From an uncultured Bacteroides sp. (GTDB taxonomy: Bacteria > Bacteroidota > Bacteroidia > Bacteroidales > SM23-62), in NCBI GenBank assembly GCA_964575235.1, contig CAZNQG010000003.1:1-59692 (forward strand): a stretch of 59,692 bases of DNA, given 5' to 3'. Of this stretch, positions 10,486 to 19,378 are shown one piece after another. The notes beneath the pieces were generated by a model. The model made no database searches. It saw nothing but the letters and a program-made list of their open reading frames with translations, and was not told where the DNA came from. Both the position numbers and the translations under genes were made by a program. Positions within the stretch are counted from its first letter, which is position 1, and each line of letters begins with the position of its first letter.

Positions 10486-11424
10486 ATGAAAGCAAAAGCC
10501 TCCAGAAGGGTTTACGGATTCGGCGAGACGGTCCTCGACATCATATTCAGGGACGGCCAGCCCGTTACGGCAAAACCGGGAGGTTCGGTCCTGAATGCTT
10601 TTGTGTCCCTTGGAAGACTGGGCTGGAATCCCCGTTTCATCAGTGAATACGCTACGGATGATGTGGGCAGGCTTATCGATTCCTACCTTGCCGAAAACGG
10701 GGTCAATACCGCATACGTGAACCGCTATGGGGATGGTAAATCTGCACTGGCCATTGCATTCCTGGACCGTGACGGGAACGCCAGCTATTCCTTTTACAAG
10801 GATTTTCCTGAGAAGCGCCTGGAGGCTCTCCCGGATGAACTGGACAGAAGGGACCTCATCGTATTCGGATCGATTTATGCAGGCACCCCCGAGGTCAGGG
10901 ATTCGGTCCTCCGCTTTCTGGAAACGGGCCGAAAGAAGGGGGCACTGATCCTTTACGATCCGAATTTCAGGAAGGCCCACCTTGCCGACCTGGAAGAAAT
11001 GATGCCGCGGATCCTGGAGAACATAAATTATGCCGACATTATACGCGGATCAGACGAGGATTTCGATCTGATCTTCGGGCTGGGAGAACCGGAAAAGGTG
11101 GCCGCACGCATTGCGACCGGGTCACGGATCCTGCTGTACACGCAGAATTCCCGTGAAGTTCACGTCTTCAAGAATAACATCTGCCTGCGTGTCCCCGCAG
11201 AACCCATAGAACCGGTCAGCACCATCGGGGCAGGGGATAATTTCAACGCGGGAGTCGTGCATTATTTGCTCAGGCACGGGATTGAAAGGGCTGACCTGGA
11301 AGGGATCACCGCTGGCGAACTGGAGGGAATGGCCCGGACCGGGATCCGTTTTGCATCCCATGTCTGCATGCATTACGATAATTACATATCCAGGGAATTC
11401 GCGGATGCCCTCTCCACAGGATGA
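10486..11424 (+). CDS. PfkB-family carbohydrate kinase (fructokinase-like)
   Basis: GETVLD, PGGSVLN, YDPNFR, STIGAGDNF anion-hole motif; start 10486 or 10462. Confidence 0.88.
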   Translation: MKAKASRRVYGFGETVLDIIFRDGQPVTAKPGGSVLNAFVSLGRLGWNPRFISEYATDDVGRLIDSYLAENGVNTAYVNRYGDGKSALAIAFLDRDGNASYSFYKDFPEKRLEALPDELDRRDLIVFGSIYAGTPEVRDSVLRFLETGRKKGALILYDPNFRKAHLADLEEMMPRILENINYADIIRGSDEDFDLIFGLGEPEKVAARIATGSRILLYTQNSREVHVFKNNICLRVPAEPIEPVSTIGAGDNFNAGVVHYLLRHGIERADLEGITAGELEGMARTGIRFASHVCMHYDNYISREFADALSTG

Positions 11425-11434
11425 ACGGGTTTTC

Positions 11435-12541
11435 CTATTTTTTCGGTATCTTCCTGCACCGGTTTATAATATACATCCTGGTCATCTTCGGATTTTCTAC
11501 GATCATAAAGAATTCCCCCAGATACTCCAGCATTTCATTCCTGTTCGACGCGTCAAGCAGGGGAAAATGCTCCACCAGCGCAAACAGCTCGTCTTTATGA
11601 TCGAGGAAGGCCCGGATGTACTCCTGGTAATCTTCCTCACGGTCCATGCAGTAACCCCGGTAGACCCGTTCCCGAACGGACTCGATGCCGAGTCCTTCCG
11701 GCGGAACGGCATAGTCTGCGTTGACCATACCGCAGTAATCGAAGTCGTACGGGATGGCAATCGGGTAAGTCACCCTGTAATCCGCGGACTTGAACAGCCG
11801 GATGTTGTGCTGGTTCATGATGGCCCAGTCCGTATTGCCGATCATATACTGAAACAGGGTCATCAGGTTTGTCTGGTACGGTTCCGTCAGCCAGGTAGGG
11901 ATGCCCTGCCGTTCTATCCTGAGGGCGTTCAGACGCTGGGCCAGGTGATTATGGCTTTCAATGATGAAACCGTATTTATGCAGGGTTTTCCTCCGGCCTT
12001 CGGAATCCACGTATTCGATCTCGAAAAGGCGCACCCGGTAACTGTTGTCGGTCAGAATGTTGAACATGCGGTAGACCAGGTATTCCTTCAGGATATACTG
12101 CTGGTAGGTTGAACTGCCCTTGCAATGGGTTACCAGTTTCAGGGATGTGATGTCGTTCAGGTAGCCTTCCCCGTCCCCGGTCTTCTTGAAATTCAGCTTG
12201 ACCGGGGGGAAATTACAGTGGCTCCTGCGGAAATCTCCCCTCGACCGGATGCGGATCCTGCGCTCGACGGGCGAACCGGTAACGCTTGTGTAGCGAAGCA
12301 CCGCCTCTTGGTATTCATCCCCGTATTTTTCCCTCAGGAATTTTTTCATGTCGAATTCCAGGCTGATCCGTATCGGTTCGTCGGATTCGAAGGGATCCAT
12401 CTCCGGGAACAGGGTAAAGGTGAGCAGGTTCGAGGTGTCCACATCCGGCAGGGAATCGGCCACAAAAGCATGGCCTGTCACAGGGATCAGGCAAAAGCCG
12501 ATGGCCAGGACAAGGTGCCGGATCATGTTGGGTTTTTGCAT
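11435..12541 (-). CDS. Exported conserved hypothetical protein, possible CotH-like atypical kinase fold
   Basis: Signal peptide; RSRG...CNFPPVKLNF, KEYLVYRMF, GNTDW..HN, PYDFD motifs. Confidence 0.55.
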   Translation of the reverse strand: MQKPNMIRHLVLAIGFCLIPVTGHAFVADSLPDVDTSNLLTFTLFPEMDPFESDEPIRISLEFDMKKFLREKYGDEYQEAVLRYTSVTGSPVERRIRIRSRGDFRRSHCNFPPVKLNFKKTGDGEGYLNDITSLKLVTHCKGSSTYQQYILKEYLVYRMFNILTDNSYRVRLFEIEYVDSEGRRKTLHKYGFIIESHNHLAQRLNALRIERQGIPTWLTEPYQTNLMTLFQYMIGNTDWAIMNQHNIRLFKSADYRVTYPIAIPYDFDYCGMVNADYAVPPEGLGIESVRERVYRGYCMDREEDYQEYIRAFLDHKDELFALVEHFPLLDASNRNEMLEYLGEFFMIVENPKMTRMYIINRCRKIPKK

Positions 12542-12544
12542 TTC

Positions 12545-13813
12545 CTATGATGGTATGGTCCCGTGGATAAATTCGTTGATGACAGCCTTGCCCAGGGCTC
12601 TGAATTCATCGAGACGGTCGATCCTGGGATCGCCCTGCGCGTCCACATATCCCGTTTCCCCCCTCGCCCTTAAATACTGGTGAGCTGCCACGACAGCGGC
12701 ACCGTTATGAGCGGTGGCGCAGAGTTCATCATCCAGGAAATTTCCGTCACGGGTACAAACCCTGAGCGGTTTTTTTTCCGGCGTACTGTGGGCCGTTCCG
12801 AACAGGATTAAAAAACCGTTGCCGTCGAAAAACCGAACATAATCCTTAAGTATGTCCGGATGGTTCCGGAAGGGAAGGAATTCGATACAGTGTATGTTGT
12901 GCGAGAGCAATTCGTTCATCAGGATCTGCTTGTTGGCCTCGTATTCGGTACAGCTCCCGGACTCATCGTCCAGCAAAACGCTATAGCATGGGATTCCGCC
13001 GGCATTCAGTATGATCAGCAGCGTTTCCGAAACGGAAACGAATGCAGTGGGTTCCTCGGCGACGAATGCCTTGCCTCCGGATTTCAGGAACCGGGAACGT
13101 ATCCTGTTCTCGACCTGGGCGTGATCGCTTATTTCAGTTATGGTTTCGTCCTCCCCGCAGATTTGCTGGATTTTCCTGCTGCGTTCGGGGCGGTTCCTGT
13201 AACGCTCGAAGATCAGGGCCCGGATGGCCTTGCTTATATGCCTTTCCGTGACAAAGTCCATGGCAAATACCCGCTTTATCTCTGAATATTTCAGGTCAAG
13301 ACCGGGATCCATCTCCCGGATGGTACGGCCGGCCTTCTCAATGATATCCTTGAGGTGCATTTGCACCTCGAGCCTGGTTTGATTGAGCCGGCATGCCAGA
13401 TGTTCATCCAGGTGGAAAGGGTAATCCAGTCCTTTTCCCGAAAGGTAGGTGCGGCCCGGATTCTCCGGATCGTTTATCCGGAAACGGTCGTATTGCTCCT
13501 TGACCATCAGTCCCACGATCTCGATGTTGAACATCGGGAAGATCCTGTTTTTCAGTGCATGCTCATAAAATTCCCGGAAACCGTCCGCCAGGAAGAAATC
13601 GTTGATTCCGAGCACCCGCACATCTTCTTTAACAGCCTGCTCGAAAAGGGCCGGGATGCTTTCAAAGGAACTGAATGAATGGGGGGTATGCAGGTGGGCA
13701 TTGACCTGTGGGACATCCTTTGCTCCCTTGCTCTGGTAATTGAACAGCAGCGCTGCGCTATCCGGAAAATCTTTCAGTATATATCTGCTCATAGCCGGTT
13801 GATTCCTATTCAT
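12545..13813 (-). CDS. PHP-domain protein
   Basis: NAHLHTPHS (HxH), LGINDF, FNIE, ERH and GTAH motifs of the PHP fold. Confidence 0.7.
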   Translation of the reverse strand: MNRNQPAMSRYILKDFPDSAALLFNYQSKGAKDVPQVNAHLHTPHSFSSFESIPALFEQAVKEDVRVLGINDFFLADGFREFYEHALKNRIFPMFNIEIVGLMVKEQYDRFRINDPENPGRTYLSGKGLDYPFHLDEHLACRLNQTRLEVQMHLKDIIEKAGRTIREMDPGLDLKYSEIKRVFAMDFVTERHISKAIRALIFERYRNRPERSRKIQQICGEDETITEISDHAQVENRIRSRFLKSGGKAFVAEEPTAFVSVSETLLIILNAGGIPCYSVLLDDESGSCTEYEANKQILMNELLSHNIHCIEFLPFRNHPDILKDYVRFFDGNGFLILFGTAHSTPEKKPLRVCTRDGNFLDDELCATAHNGAAVVAAHQYLRARGETGYVDAQGDPRIDRLDEFRALGKAVINEFIHGTIPS

Positions 13814-14804
13814 CCAGGATTAATTCCAGCTTATCAAGATGCCCGTCCACGGCACTCATCTCATCCGGGCTGAGTTCAAAATCCAGGGTGCCCACGTTTT
13901 CAACGAGCTGCTCCTCGTTCCTTATACCGGTCAGAAGGCAACTGATGCCGGGTTGTTGCAGGGTCCACCTCAGCACCAGTTGGGCCAGGCTGACATTGCG
14001 GTTCCGTGCAATGGGACGGATCTCATCCAGGAATTCGTTGATCCGGATGATGTTCCCGAGCTTGTAGTAAGGTGTATCGGGCCTTGAATCCCCCCTTCTG
14101 AACTGGTGCTCGGGTTTTATTTTCCCGGCGAGTATTCCTCTTTGCAGGGGACTGTAAACGAGGATTCCAATGTTGTTCTCAATGCAATAGGGGATGGTTG
14201 CCTCCTCTATTTCTCTTCGTAACATACTGTAGGCCAACTGGTTGGATGTCAATTCAAGCACCTTGCCGGCCCTGTTCATATCCTCCACTGAGTAATTGCA
14301 TACTCCCGCGTGCCTGACTTTCCCCTGCTGTATGAGTTTTTGAACGGCCTGCATGCTTTCTTCAGCAGGCGTGGTGGGATCGGACCAGTGAATCTGGTAG
14401 AGGTCTATGTAGTCCGTTTTTAACCTCCGGAGGCTTTCTTCGCATTCCTGTATGATGCTATCCCTGCCGGCATACCGGTAGATGTTAACGGGGGTTCCGT
14501 CGTTCATCCTTGTGGGGAGAAAAAATTCTCCCTGCCGGGTGTCCCATCTCAGGCCGTATTTTGTAAGGATCTGGACCCGGTCACGTTTCCCCTGTATCGC
14601 TTCCCCCACGAGTTGCTCGCTAAGCCCGAAGCCGTATGCCGGAGCCGTGTCGATGGAAGTTATCCCCATTTCGATGGCCGCATTCAGTGCCTTCCTCGCC
14701 TTCTTTTCATCCGTTCCTCCCCACATCCAGCCTCCTATGGCCCAAGCCCCGAACGTAATCTGGGAAACCTCGAGACTGGAATTTCCGAGTTTTACCATTG
14801 CCAT
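13806..14804 (-). CDS. Aldo/keto reductase (IolS-like)
   Basis: GAWAIGG, IDTAPAYG, ILTKYG, DLYQIHW, YSPLQRG. Confidence 0.9.
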   Translation of the reverse strand: MAMVKLGNSSLEVSQITFGAWAIGGWMWGGTDEKKARKALNAAIEMGITSIDTAPAYGFGLSEQLVGEAIQGKRDRVQILTKYGLRWDTRQGEFFLPTRMNDGTPVNIYRYAGRDSIIQECEESLRRLKTDYIDLYQIHWSDPTTPAEESMQAVQKLIQQGKVRHAGVCNYSVEDMNRAGKVLELTSNQLAYSMLRREIEEATIPYCIENNIGILVYSPLQRGILAGKIKPEHQFRRGDSRPDTPYYKLGNIIRINEFLDEIRPIARNRNVSLAQLVLRWTLQQPGISCLLTGIRNEEQLVENVGTLDFELSPDEMSAVDGHLDKLELILDE

Positions 14805-14867
14805 AACAGATGGTTTTAAGTGATCACCCTAAAATATAAAAAATGTACTTCAAATAGAAGGCCCGGA

Positions 14868-16319
14868 TCACGGTGCAGGGGTATTTTCCGTTGGTCCGCG
14901 CAAGAAGGGGAAGTCCGGGGATTCCCATCGGCAGCGGGTGAGCAGGGTTTCCAGTTCATTCAGTTTTTCGGGGTACTTTCCGTAAATGTCCTTTGTTTCG
15001 CCCGGGTCATCCGCGAGATGATACAGTTCGGTTCGCATGCCTCCAGGAACGAGAACATCCAGCCTCACCAGTTTCCAGTCCCCCTTTAGAAGTGCCTGCT
15101 TTCCATTCATCTCATGGAATTCCCAGTAGAGGTATTCATGCTCCCGGGTGCTCGTATCACCGGTCAGCACGGGGAGGCAGGAAAGTCCGTCCACGGAATC
15201 GTGCACTTCCTGCCCGGTCAGTTCGGCCAGGGTTGGGTACAGGTCCCAGAAAGCCGAAAGGTGGTCCGATTCCGTTCCTGCCTTTATTTTACCGGGCCAC
15301 CAGGCGATGGCGGGCACTCGGATGCCCCCTTCGTACAGATCCCGTTTGTAGCCCCGGAATGCCCCGTTGCTGTTAAAGTAATCCGGGTCGGCACCGCCTT
15401 CCAGGTGCGGACCGTTGTCGGACGAAAAAATGACCAGGGTATTTTCAGCCAGTCCCAGGTCAACGATCTTTTGAAGAAGTTCCCCTACCTGCTCATCCAG
15501 GATGCCGATCATAGCCGCGAAGGCAGCATGCGGTTCCGCCTGCGAACCATAAGCGCCGGCCTTGTACCTGGGGTCTCCCGGCTCTGCACCCAGGTAAGGT
15601 TTTTCGGGAGGGAAGCTGTCCCTGTACCGGGCCATCCGGTCCTGCGGTGCAATGAGTTCGGCATGTGGGATGATGCTTGGATAATACAGGAAGAAGGGGC
15701 GTTCCCGATTATTTTCGATAAAAGAAAGGGCTTTCTCATGGATCAGGAACGGGGCGTATGTGCCCCTGCCGTTCCCCTCATTGCCGGGCAGGATCAGCTT
15801 TTCTGAATTGTCCCATAGGTGCAGGGGATAGTAATTATGCGCCAGGGTCTGGCAGTTGTAACCGAAAAATACGTCGAATCCCTGGTTCAGCGGATCGCCT
15901 TCGGAACCGGGACCTCCCAGTCCCCATTTACCGAAGGCACCGCACACATAGCCCTTCTGCTTCAGCATCTCTGCCAGGGTCAGGCTTTCATCCGGAAGAG
16001 GCCACTGGCCTTCCGGGGGAATGCCACGGTTGCCCCGGATGGGGGTATGGCCCGTGTGCTGGCCTGTCATAAGTGCCGAACGTGAAGGTGCACAAACCGT
16101 AGAGCCTGCGTAATGCCGGGTCAGCCGCATTCCCTCTGCAGCAAGGCGGTCGATGTTCGGTGTGCTGAACCTTTCCTGTCCGAAACAGCTCAGATCGCCG
16201 AAGCCCAGGTCATCGGCCAGGATGATGACGATGTTCGGTGGCCGGCCGGCTTCCTTTTTGGGAGCGCATGATACGAGCAGCAGGAGGGCCGGAAGGATAA
16301 GGACAATGGTCTTTTTCAT
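14868..16319 (-). CDS. Arylsulfatase (S1, Cys-type), lipoprotein
   Basis: Lipobox LVSC; ILADDLG, CAPSRSALMTG, FGKWGLG, SSDNG, YEGGIRVP. Confidence 0.92.
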   Translation of the reverse strand: MKKTIVLILPALLLLVSCAPKKEAGRPPNIVIILADDLGFGDLSCFGQERFSTPNIDRLAAEGMRLTRHYAGSTVCAPSRSALMTGQHTGHTPIRGNRGIPPEGQWPLPDESLTLAEMLKQKGYVCGAFGKWGLGGPGSEGDPLNQGFDVFFGYNCQTLAHNYYPLHLWDNSEKLILPGNEGNGRGTYAPFLIHEKALSFIENNRERPFFLYYPSIIPHAELIAPQDRMARYRDSFPPEKPYLGAEPGDPRYKAGAYGSQAEPHAAFAAMIGILDEQVGELLQKIVDLGLAENTLVIFSSDNGPHLEGGADPDYFNSNGAFRGYKRDLYEGGIRVPAIAWWPGKIKAGTESDHLSAFWDLYPTLAELTGQEVHDSVDGLSCLPVLTGDTSTREHEYLYWEFHEMNGKQALLKGDWKLVRLDVLVPGGMRTELYHLADDPGETKDIYGKYPEKLNELETLLTRCRWESPDFPFLRGPTENTPAP

Positions 16320-17320
16320 TTTCGGTGTGTATTATAGGGTTGATCCTGTTCATAACGTATGCCGCAGATGCTGCGCACCCGGTCGAGGGTTTCCATTAGT
16401 TCCAGACTGAAATCCAGCGGTAGCAGGGGACTTTCTTGAAGTCCCTCGTCCAGGCAGCGCATGAGCTCTTCGGCTTCATACCGGTAACCATTACCCGGTT
16501 CAGGGAATTCGATGCGTTGCGGTTCCCGGTCCGGCAGGTGCAGGGTGATGGGCCCCGGTGTGAACCACATGGATTCCATCCGGACCCATCCCCCGTCAAA
16601 GACCAGGCTTGCTTCTGTGGGTGTATCCGCAAGGAAGCTGCAGTTCAGTGAGGAGACCGGTCCGCCGCGGTGGACAAAGATCATGTGGCAGCTGTGATCG
16701 ATCCCGGTCGGGGCAAATCGGGCCTCGGCCTTGATCTCCCGTGGGGGACCGCAAAGCAACTGGGAAAGAAAGACCGTGTAAATTCCGATATCGAGAAGGG
16801 CGCCACCCGCCTTGGCCGGATCGAACAGGCGGTGCTCCGGGTCGAATTCCCTGCGAATGCCGAAGTCCGCATGGATCTCCTTCAGTGTGCCCAGTTCACC
16901 CGACTTGGCAATTTCGAGGACTTTATTCATCGAGGGCAGGAACCGGGTCCAGATGGCCTCCATCAGGAACACCCCGTTTTTACGCGCTGCCCGGACCAGT
17001 TCCTGCAGCTCCCTTGTGTTCATCGTAAAGGGTTTTTCGCACAACACCGATTTTCCGGCATTCAGGCAGGCCAGGCTGTTCTCGAAATGGTACGGGTGGT
17101 GTGTGGCAACATAAACCACGTCGATGTCCGGGTCCGCCGCCATCTCTTCCCAGCTACCGTAATATACCGGCAGTGAGTACCTGCGGGCAAATTCGGCTGA
17201 CCTGTTGCCGGAGCGGGAAGCAATGGCCTTCAATTCTGCCTGCGGAAGGAGACGCAGGTCCTCTGCGAATTTCCCGGCGATCCAGCCGGCCCCGATGATT
17301 CCCCAGTTATAACGTTTCAT
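16316..17320 (-). CDS. Gfo/Idh/MocA-family oxidoreductase (xylose/dihydrodiol dehydrogenase-like)
   Basis: GIIGAGWIA, CEKP, MEAIWTRF, GGALLDIGIY. Confidence 0.88.
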   Translation of the reverse strand: MKRYNWGIIGAGWIAGKFAEDLRLLPQAELKAIASRSGNRSAEFARRYSLPVYYGSWEEMAADPDIDVVYVATHHPYHFENSLACLNAGKSVLCEKPFTMNTRELQELVRAARKNGVFLMEAIWTRFLPSMNKVLEIAKSGELGTLKEIHADFGIRREFDPEHRLFDPAKAGGALLDIGIYTVFLSQLLCGPPREIKAEARFAPTGIDHSCHMIFVHRGGPVSSLNCSFLADTPTEASLVFDGGWVRMESMWFTPGPITLHLPDREPQRIEFPEPGNGYRYEAEELMRCLDEGLQESPLLPLDFSLELMETLDRVRSICGIRYEQDQPYNTHRK

Positions 17321-17341
17321 AGGGTGTATGTAATTTTCATG

Positions 17342-18349
17342 TCAGCGGCCGGTCCCAGCTCTGCCTTCAAAAATCCGATCGACGGCCTGCAGCTCTTCCT
17401 GCTTGAATTCAAGGTTGGAAAGGGCCCCCAGGTTTTCCCTTAACTGGTCTGCCGAACTTGCACCGATCAGCACGGATGTCACACGAGGGTCTTTTAAGAG
17501 CCAGGCGATGGCCATCTGGGCGAGGGACTGCCCTCTTTTCGCCGCCATGTTGTTCAGCCCGGATACCTTTTTCATCAGTTCGGGCGTTATCTGTTTCTTT
17601 TTCAGGAAATGGTCCCAGGCAGCCCTCGAGTCCGGCGGGATCCCCTTCAGGTACCGGCCGGTCAGCAATCCCTGTGCAAGCGGGGAGAAGGGGATGCAAC
17701 CGATGCCTACTTCCCCCAGCACGTCCAGGAGTCCGTTTTCCGGTTCCCTGACCAGCATGGAGTACTTTGGCTGGTGAATCAGGCAGGGAGTGCCCAGCGA
17801 ACGTAAGATGTTGGAAGCCTGCCGGGTGAGCTCGGCAGGATAATTGGAGATCCCCGCATACAGGGCTTTCCCGGAGCGAACGGCCTGGTCCAGAGCCATC
17901 ATGCTTTCTTCCAGGGGTGTTTCCGGATCGGGACGGTGGTGGTAAAAGATGTCCACATAGTCAATCCCCATTCGTTCCAGGCTCCGGTCCAGGCTGGACA
18001 GGAGATACTTCCTGGATCCGAAATCGCCGTACGGTCCCGGCCACATCAGGTAGCCGGCTTTGGTGGAAATCACCAGCTCATCCCGGTAAGGCAGCAGGTC
18101 CTCCCGCAGCACCCTGCCGAAATTGGTCTCGGCGGAGCCGGGAGGGGGACCGTAATTGTTGGCCAGGTCGAAGTGCGTAACGCCCAGATCGAAAGCTGTA
18201 AGAAGGATGCTGCGGATATATTTCTGCCGGTCCCCGAATCCGAAATTATGCCACAGTCCCAGCGAGATGGAAGGCAGCCTTAATCCGCTCCGCCCGCAAC
18301 GCCGGTATTCCATTCGATCGTATCTGTCGCTTGCCGGTATATGTTTCAT
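17342..18349 (-). CDS. mgrA: L-glyceraldehyde 3-phosphate reductase-like aldo/keto reductase (YghZ/Gpr/MgrA family)
   Basis: LGLWHNFG, HFDLANNYGPPPGSAE, STKAGYLMWPGPYG, IHQPKYS. Confidence 0.88.
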   Translation of the reverse strand: MKHIPASDRYDRMEYRRCGRSGLRLPSISLGLWHNFGFGDRQKYIRSILLTAFDLGVTHFDLANNYGPPPGSAETNFGRVLREDLLPYRDELVISTKAGYLMWPGPYGDFGSRKYLLSSLDRSLERMGIDYVDIFYHHRPDPETPLEESMMALDQAVRSGKALYAGISNYPAELTRQASNILRSLGTPCLIHQPKYSMLVREPENGLLDVLGEVGIGCIPFSPLAQGLLTGRYLKGIPPDSRAAWDHFLKKKQITPELMKKVSGLNNMAAKRGQSLAQMAIAWLLKDPRVTSVLIGASSADQLRENLGALSNLEFKQEELQAVDRIFEGRAGTGR

Positions 18350-18373
18350 AGATGATTTGGTTTTGCATTTTAC

Positions 18374-19357
18374 TTATGGTATCTGGCGATGCCCTCTCCC
18401 GGTATCTTTCCGGAAAATAGCCTGGGTCTTATACAAATCCCTTGTCATTCGAACGGGATCGATGCGGATGTACACATAGATTTTGCGTGGATTGTTTTCG
18501 GGCGGTGTTATGAGCTGTTTCCGGGTGCCCATGTCCGGGTTCAGAAATGCCTGCACCAGGGCGAGGCTTCCCATTGGAATGGAATCGGATTCCGAAGGGT
18601 AGGCGCAGAGTCGCTCTCGGATGAACCGCGAAAGCGTATCCAGGGTATCCACCCGCTCCAGGGTCTCGGACCTGTCCAGCACCAGTTCCTCAGCCACGTT
18701 GGACGGCAGGAGCTGGATCTCAAGCCGCTTTTCGTTCAGCAAAACATCCATGGCATCCAGATCCAGTCGGGTGATGCGGTCGTTCTTGTTCCAGGCGCGG
18801 CGGGAGGGGTCGTAATAAGGACCCTGTATGTGGCAGACGATCCTTTCAGAAATTTCCGGGTAATCCAGAATGGCCTTTGCAAGGTTCGTGGCTGAGCCCA
18901 TGCATATGAGCTGCAGTTTTTCACCGTAAGGCAATTCCTGGACGGCTTTCCGGATGGCCATGGAGACGGCATACTCTTTACCGTTCGCATCCTGAAGGTA
19001 AGCCAGGGGAACGCCGGGCCCATCCGGGTGGGGTATGTGGGTCCGGTGGTAATGTTCCAGCAGGAAGCGGTGAATTTCCCGGTTCATCCGGATGGTACTG
19101 TCGTTGTCCAGGTCGGCAAGCCTCCATTGGGCCGAGCAGAGTCCCCTGACCTCCAGGTTTTCGGACTCCATCAAACCCGGGATCGATAAAAGATCATCCA
19201 CGCCGTTGGCCGCATCGGCATCGATGAGTACCTGGACCTTCTCCTCGCCGGCCAGGTCCCGTATCCTTTCTATGTTACTTATAACCAGATAGATGGCAAG
19301 AATCACCAGAATAAAGATAAAGATGCGCGAGGCGATCCGTTTTATGGCTTTTCTCAT
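18374..19357 (-). CDS. Membrane-anchored nucleoside hydrolase-like protein (possibly degenerate)
   Basis: N-terminal TM helix; DADAANGVDD Asp-rich motif, GSATNLA; later motifs diverge. Confidence 0.65.
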   Translation of the reverse strand: MRKAIKRIASRIFIFILVILAIYLVISNIERIRDLAGEEKVQVLIDADAANGVDDLLSIPGLMESENLEVRGLCSAQWRLADLDNDSTIRMNREIHRFLLEHYHRTHIPHPDGPGVPLAYLQDANGKEYAVSMAIRKAVQELPYGEKLQLICMGSATNLAKAILDYPEISERIVCHIQGPYYDPSRRAWNKNDRITRLDLDAMDVLLNEKRLEIQLLPSNVAEELVLDRSETLERVDTLDTLSRFIRERLCAYPSESDSIPMGSLALVQAFLNPDMGTRKQLITPPENNPRKIYVYIRIDPVRMTRDLYKTQAIFRKDTGRGHRQIP

Positions 19358-19378
19358 TTTTACCGGGTTATCGGAAGA

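Noticed and set aside
12539-12547. In-frame TAG-GAA-ATG junction between the PHP gene and the next gene (possible amber read-through)
   Set aside because: Downstream protein begins with its own signal peptide, and TAG is an ordinary stop elsewhere in the window
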